From: Antedon mediterranea | Taxonomy: Eukaryota > Animalia > Echinodermata | NCBI RefSeq assembly: GCF_964355755.1 | Contig: NC_092679.1 | Span: 15,917,432 to 15,981,431, forward strand | Length of the DNA stretch: 64,000 bases | Direction of reading: 5' to 3' | Shown: piece after piece, positions 61,405 through 64,000 of the stretch | Layout of the letters: the number at the start of each line of letters is the position of its first letter | Numbering within the stretch: the first letter of the stretch is position 1 | Notes under the pieces: generated by a model | What the model was told of the DNA's origin: nothing | The model's input: the letters and a program-made list of their open reading frames with translations, nothing else | Databases searched by the model: none | Position numbers and translations under genes: made by a program

Positions 61405-63104
61405 GTAAGTAATAACTTATTGTTTTTTTGTGCGAATGAAGGGACATTGGCAGTAGCAAAGCATTAAGGAGGCCCTTCAAAGCTGGGTATTTGCATTGGG
61501 GCTCCTCATGCTCTGAGCCCCTGAAGCTCTGGGGCCCTGGGTTAGCCAGTGAGCACTCAGAGATACTACAACACCACTGGACATTGAGACCTGCTTCTTC
61601 ACTTAATTACTTGACACAGTATTGCCGAATTCTAGAACCAGATGGCAACCAACACAATGTGCACAGGTCCTAGGTCATTTGCAAAGCGAAACTCGCTCAT
61701 GTGTGAATTTAAAAACTAGTGTAAAAATACAGGGAAGAAAGGAATTACATTGCCACTCTAGCCATAATGCTGAGAATTAAGGGACCATGTAAAACTCATT
61801 CTACTGAAGATACTGCAGTAATTATATTTTGTTTAATATTAAATCTGTTTATTCAATTGTTTAGCCATTTTGGATGGTACTCATACACACTGTTTGTGTT
61901 AGTTCCTTCCTATATTTAAGCTTCAACAAAACAAACCAAAAACATACTTTATTGCATAAAAACATGTAATTACTGCAGTAAATGCAATAGAGTAATTTTG
62001 ACATGATCCCTAAATATCAGTAATTCTGTATCTTGCTTTATTATTAGTTGAGTATTGTTTGTTTTGATAATATATGATAATATAAATATGAAAACATTTA
62101 GGAAAGTGAAAATATTAACTCTAGGGTAGCCTCACTTACAGTAAACCAGGAAAGCTCAAACTAGGGCCTTGTATTGTTGGTTGCTAAGCAACTACAATGT
62201 TATTTGGCAAGAGGGAAATTTTGAAGCTTTTTATATAAACTCTTTGGTATGGAAAATGTTACCGTATTTATTATAATGTTATAAAATACCTGTGGTTTAA
62301 GCTAAGAATACAATAATCCATGCTTTTTTCAAAAGGATTTTTGTAATTCTATAGGTGTTGATATCACAATAAAATTGATTATAGGTTAGCAGTTCAACAG
62401 TGAAAAAAATTAAATATTACACATGCCATTTGAATTAATCTAATGATTTTCTGAACTTGCGGTTTTCTCTTTTCTATCGGAGTTAAATTGCGTCAGAGCT
62501 TTCACATCTCCTGGAATCAGTCTGATGCCCGGGGTAAATATTGTGAGCGTGTGTTCAGCATGGTGTCATATCGAGCACGACTTTGGTTATCCAGTGGCAC
62601 ATAGATCATTCATGCTCACTGTTGATTGGTCAAAAGAAAACTAAGACCTTTGATATCTTAGTTTTCTAGGATCTAGAAAACTAAGACCTAAGATATCCCA
62701 TACACTATTGTGTAAGAATTATATTTTTACTATTAGTAATTGTTAAATGTAAGTAGACAAAGCGTTTTGTTTCAAATTTAAATGATTTAATAACAATTTA
62801 TCAAATTGTAAGTCATTTATTAAATTTGAATTCTTAATATCAAAGGTACTGTACCATAGCTCCTGATAAGTATAAATACATTTTCGTAAGTTTTCTGAAC
62901 ATATTTGTGACTGTGCCAATAACAGTATTTACTTAATATCTATTCTGGTGATTTCAAGAATCAAATTTTTGATTTGTCAATTTGAATACAATGTCACTAG
63001 TCAGATGTAGAATTGACTAATAATTTGATGACAAGGCAAATACCATTGTAATACAATTGTTTGCTGTATCAATATTATTTATTACCAAATTTGTACAAGG
63101 GTAT

Positions 63105-63520
63105 TTTTTTCATTTCCCCATACCATCACAAATATGACTGGTGTGCATCATTATCATGTGATTTTGTAATGCAGGAAAACTGTATGTTTAAAAAGTTGAA
63201 GAAAAATAAATTTAATCTTAGGAAAATTACTGAAAAAATGACAATGCTGTGGGTATATCATTTTCCCATACCATCAGATATGACCGGTGTACATCATTAT
63301 CATGTGATTCCTTCTGTAGTGCAGGGACAATGTATGTTATTGAATAAATCCTAGCAAAATTACTGAAAAAAAATACAATGCAGTGAGTATCATTTTTCCA
63401 TACCATCAGATATGACAGGTGTACATCATTATCATGTGATTCTGTAGTGCAGGGACAATGTATGTTATTGAATAAATCCTAGCAAAATTACTGAAAAAAA
63501 TACAATGCTGTTGGTATCAG
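63105..63520. repeat. ~130-bp tandem repeat, about 3.3 copies
   Basis: cataccatca.a.atatgac.ggtgt.catcattatcatgtgatt recurs at ~63119, ~63267 and ~63399. Confidence 0.85.
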
Positions 63521-63598
63521 TTGCTGAATGTCAATGGAGCAATTTAAATCAAAGCAAAAAGCTAAATAAAAATGATGAAGTAAAACAGCCAAACAAAT

Positions 63599-63644
63599 TT
63601 GCAGAGCTTTCGGGCAACACTACAGTAGCCCTTCATCAGTGCAA
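63599..63644 (-). ncRNA. Minimal type I hammerhead ribozyme of a Penelope-like element remnant
   Basis: Minus strand reads ttgca-CTGATGA-a-gggc-(12-nt loop)-gccc-GAAA-gc-TC-tgcaa: stem I, intact core, stem II and the truncated palindromic stem III typical of PLE hammerheads. Confidence 0.8.
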
Positions 63645-64000
63645 GTGACAGTACTTTGTTGTATAGCATTACCTTCTGATCAAGAACACTTATACACTTT
63701 GCATAAATAAATTTGTACAACTTGTAACAACTTGGAAGTAAAGCGTGGTCAGTTTAATACCAGGGCAATACACGTGCATGCAGTAAGAACTCAGAACGCA
63801 TCTCATCAGCACTAGATTCTCGGAAGATTTTCCACACTATGCACACCTGGTTACAACTTAGTTACAAGTTATTACATTTTGCAAATGTAAAAAGGGTGTT
63901 AGTGTTGGTTTCGTCATTCAATTTTTGAAAATTATAATATTACACATAAATTAAGAATCTCCTTCCACGGACAAAGACACTTAAATAAAACTGTTCTCCA

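Noticed and set aside
714-63354. Numerous 60-100 aa ORFs in AT-rich DNA
   Set aside because: Low-complexity, often non-ATG starts, no splice or homology support; several arise from MITEs or tandem repeats.

Overview
AT-rich animal genomic DNA, probably from a marine invertebrate deuterostome (inferred from spliced genes and the repeat landscape). Host genes: the first coding exon of a SIPA1L-family Rap-GAP (minus), a complete 3-exon ChaC2-like gamma-glutamylcyclotransferase (minus), and six FERM-domain exons of a PTPN14/PTPN21 (Pez)-type phosphatase (plus). The standout feature is a U6 snRNA gene split in two (32204-32269 and 41068-41109) by an ~8.8 kb DNA transposon with no TIRs. The element carries an intact 8-exon, 1264-aa DDE transposase gene and matches the U6-targeting Dada superfamily. 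Its left end carries an 11-bp inverted copy of the U6 ACAGAGA box placed symmetrically about the insertion site, and it has no Pol III terminator for ~190 nt, so the U6 promoter could make a structured U6-transposon chimeric RNA. Also present: an intact single-ORF L2/CR1-group LINE, a tRNA/Deu-type SINE, a 1.75 kb foldback (IS3EU-like) element hiding two inverted SAM-like first exons, a Sola2 relic nested in a pogo-like element, P-type and Harbinger-type MITEs, two Helentron-type non-autonomous elements, a Penelope-type minimal hammerhead ribozyme, and widespread 5-bp insertions that look like transposon excision footprints (TACTGTA, TAGCCTA). All family assignments come from motif recall, not database searches.
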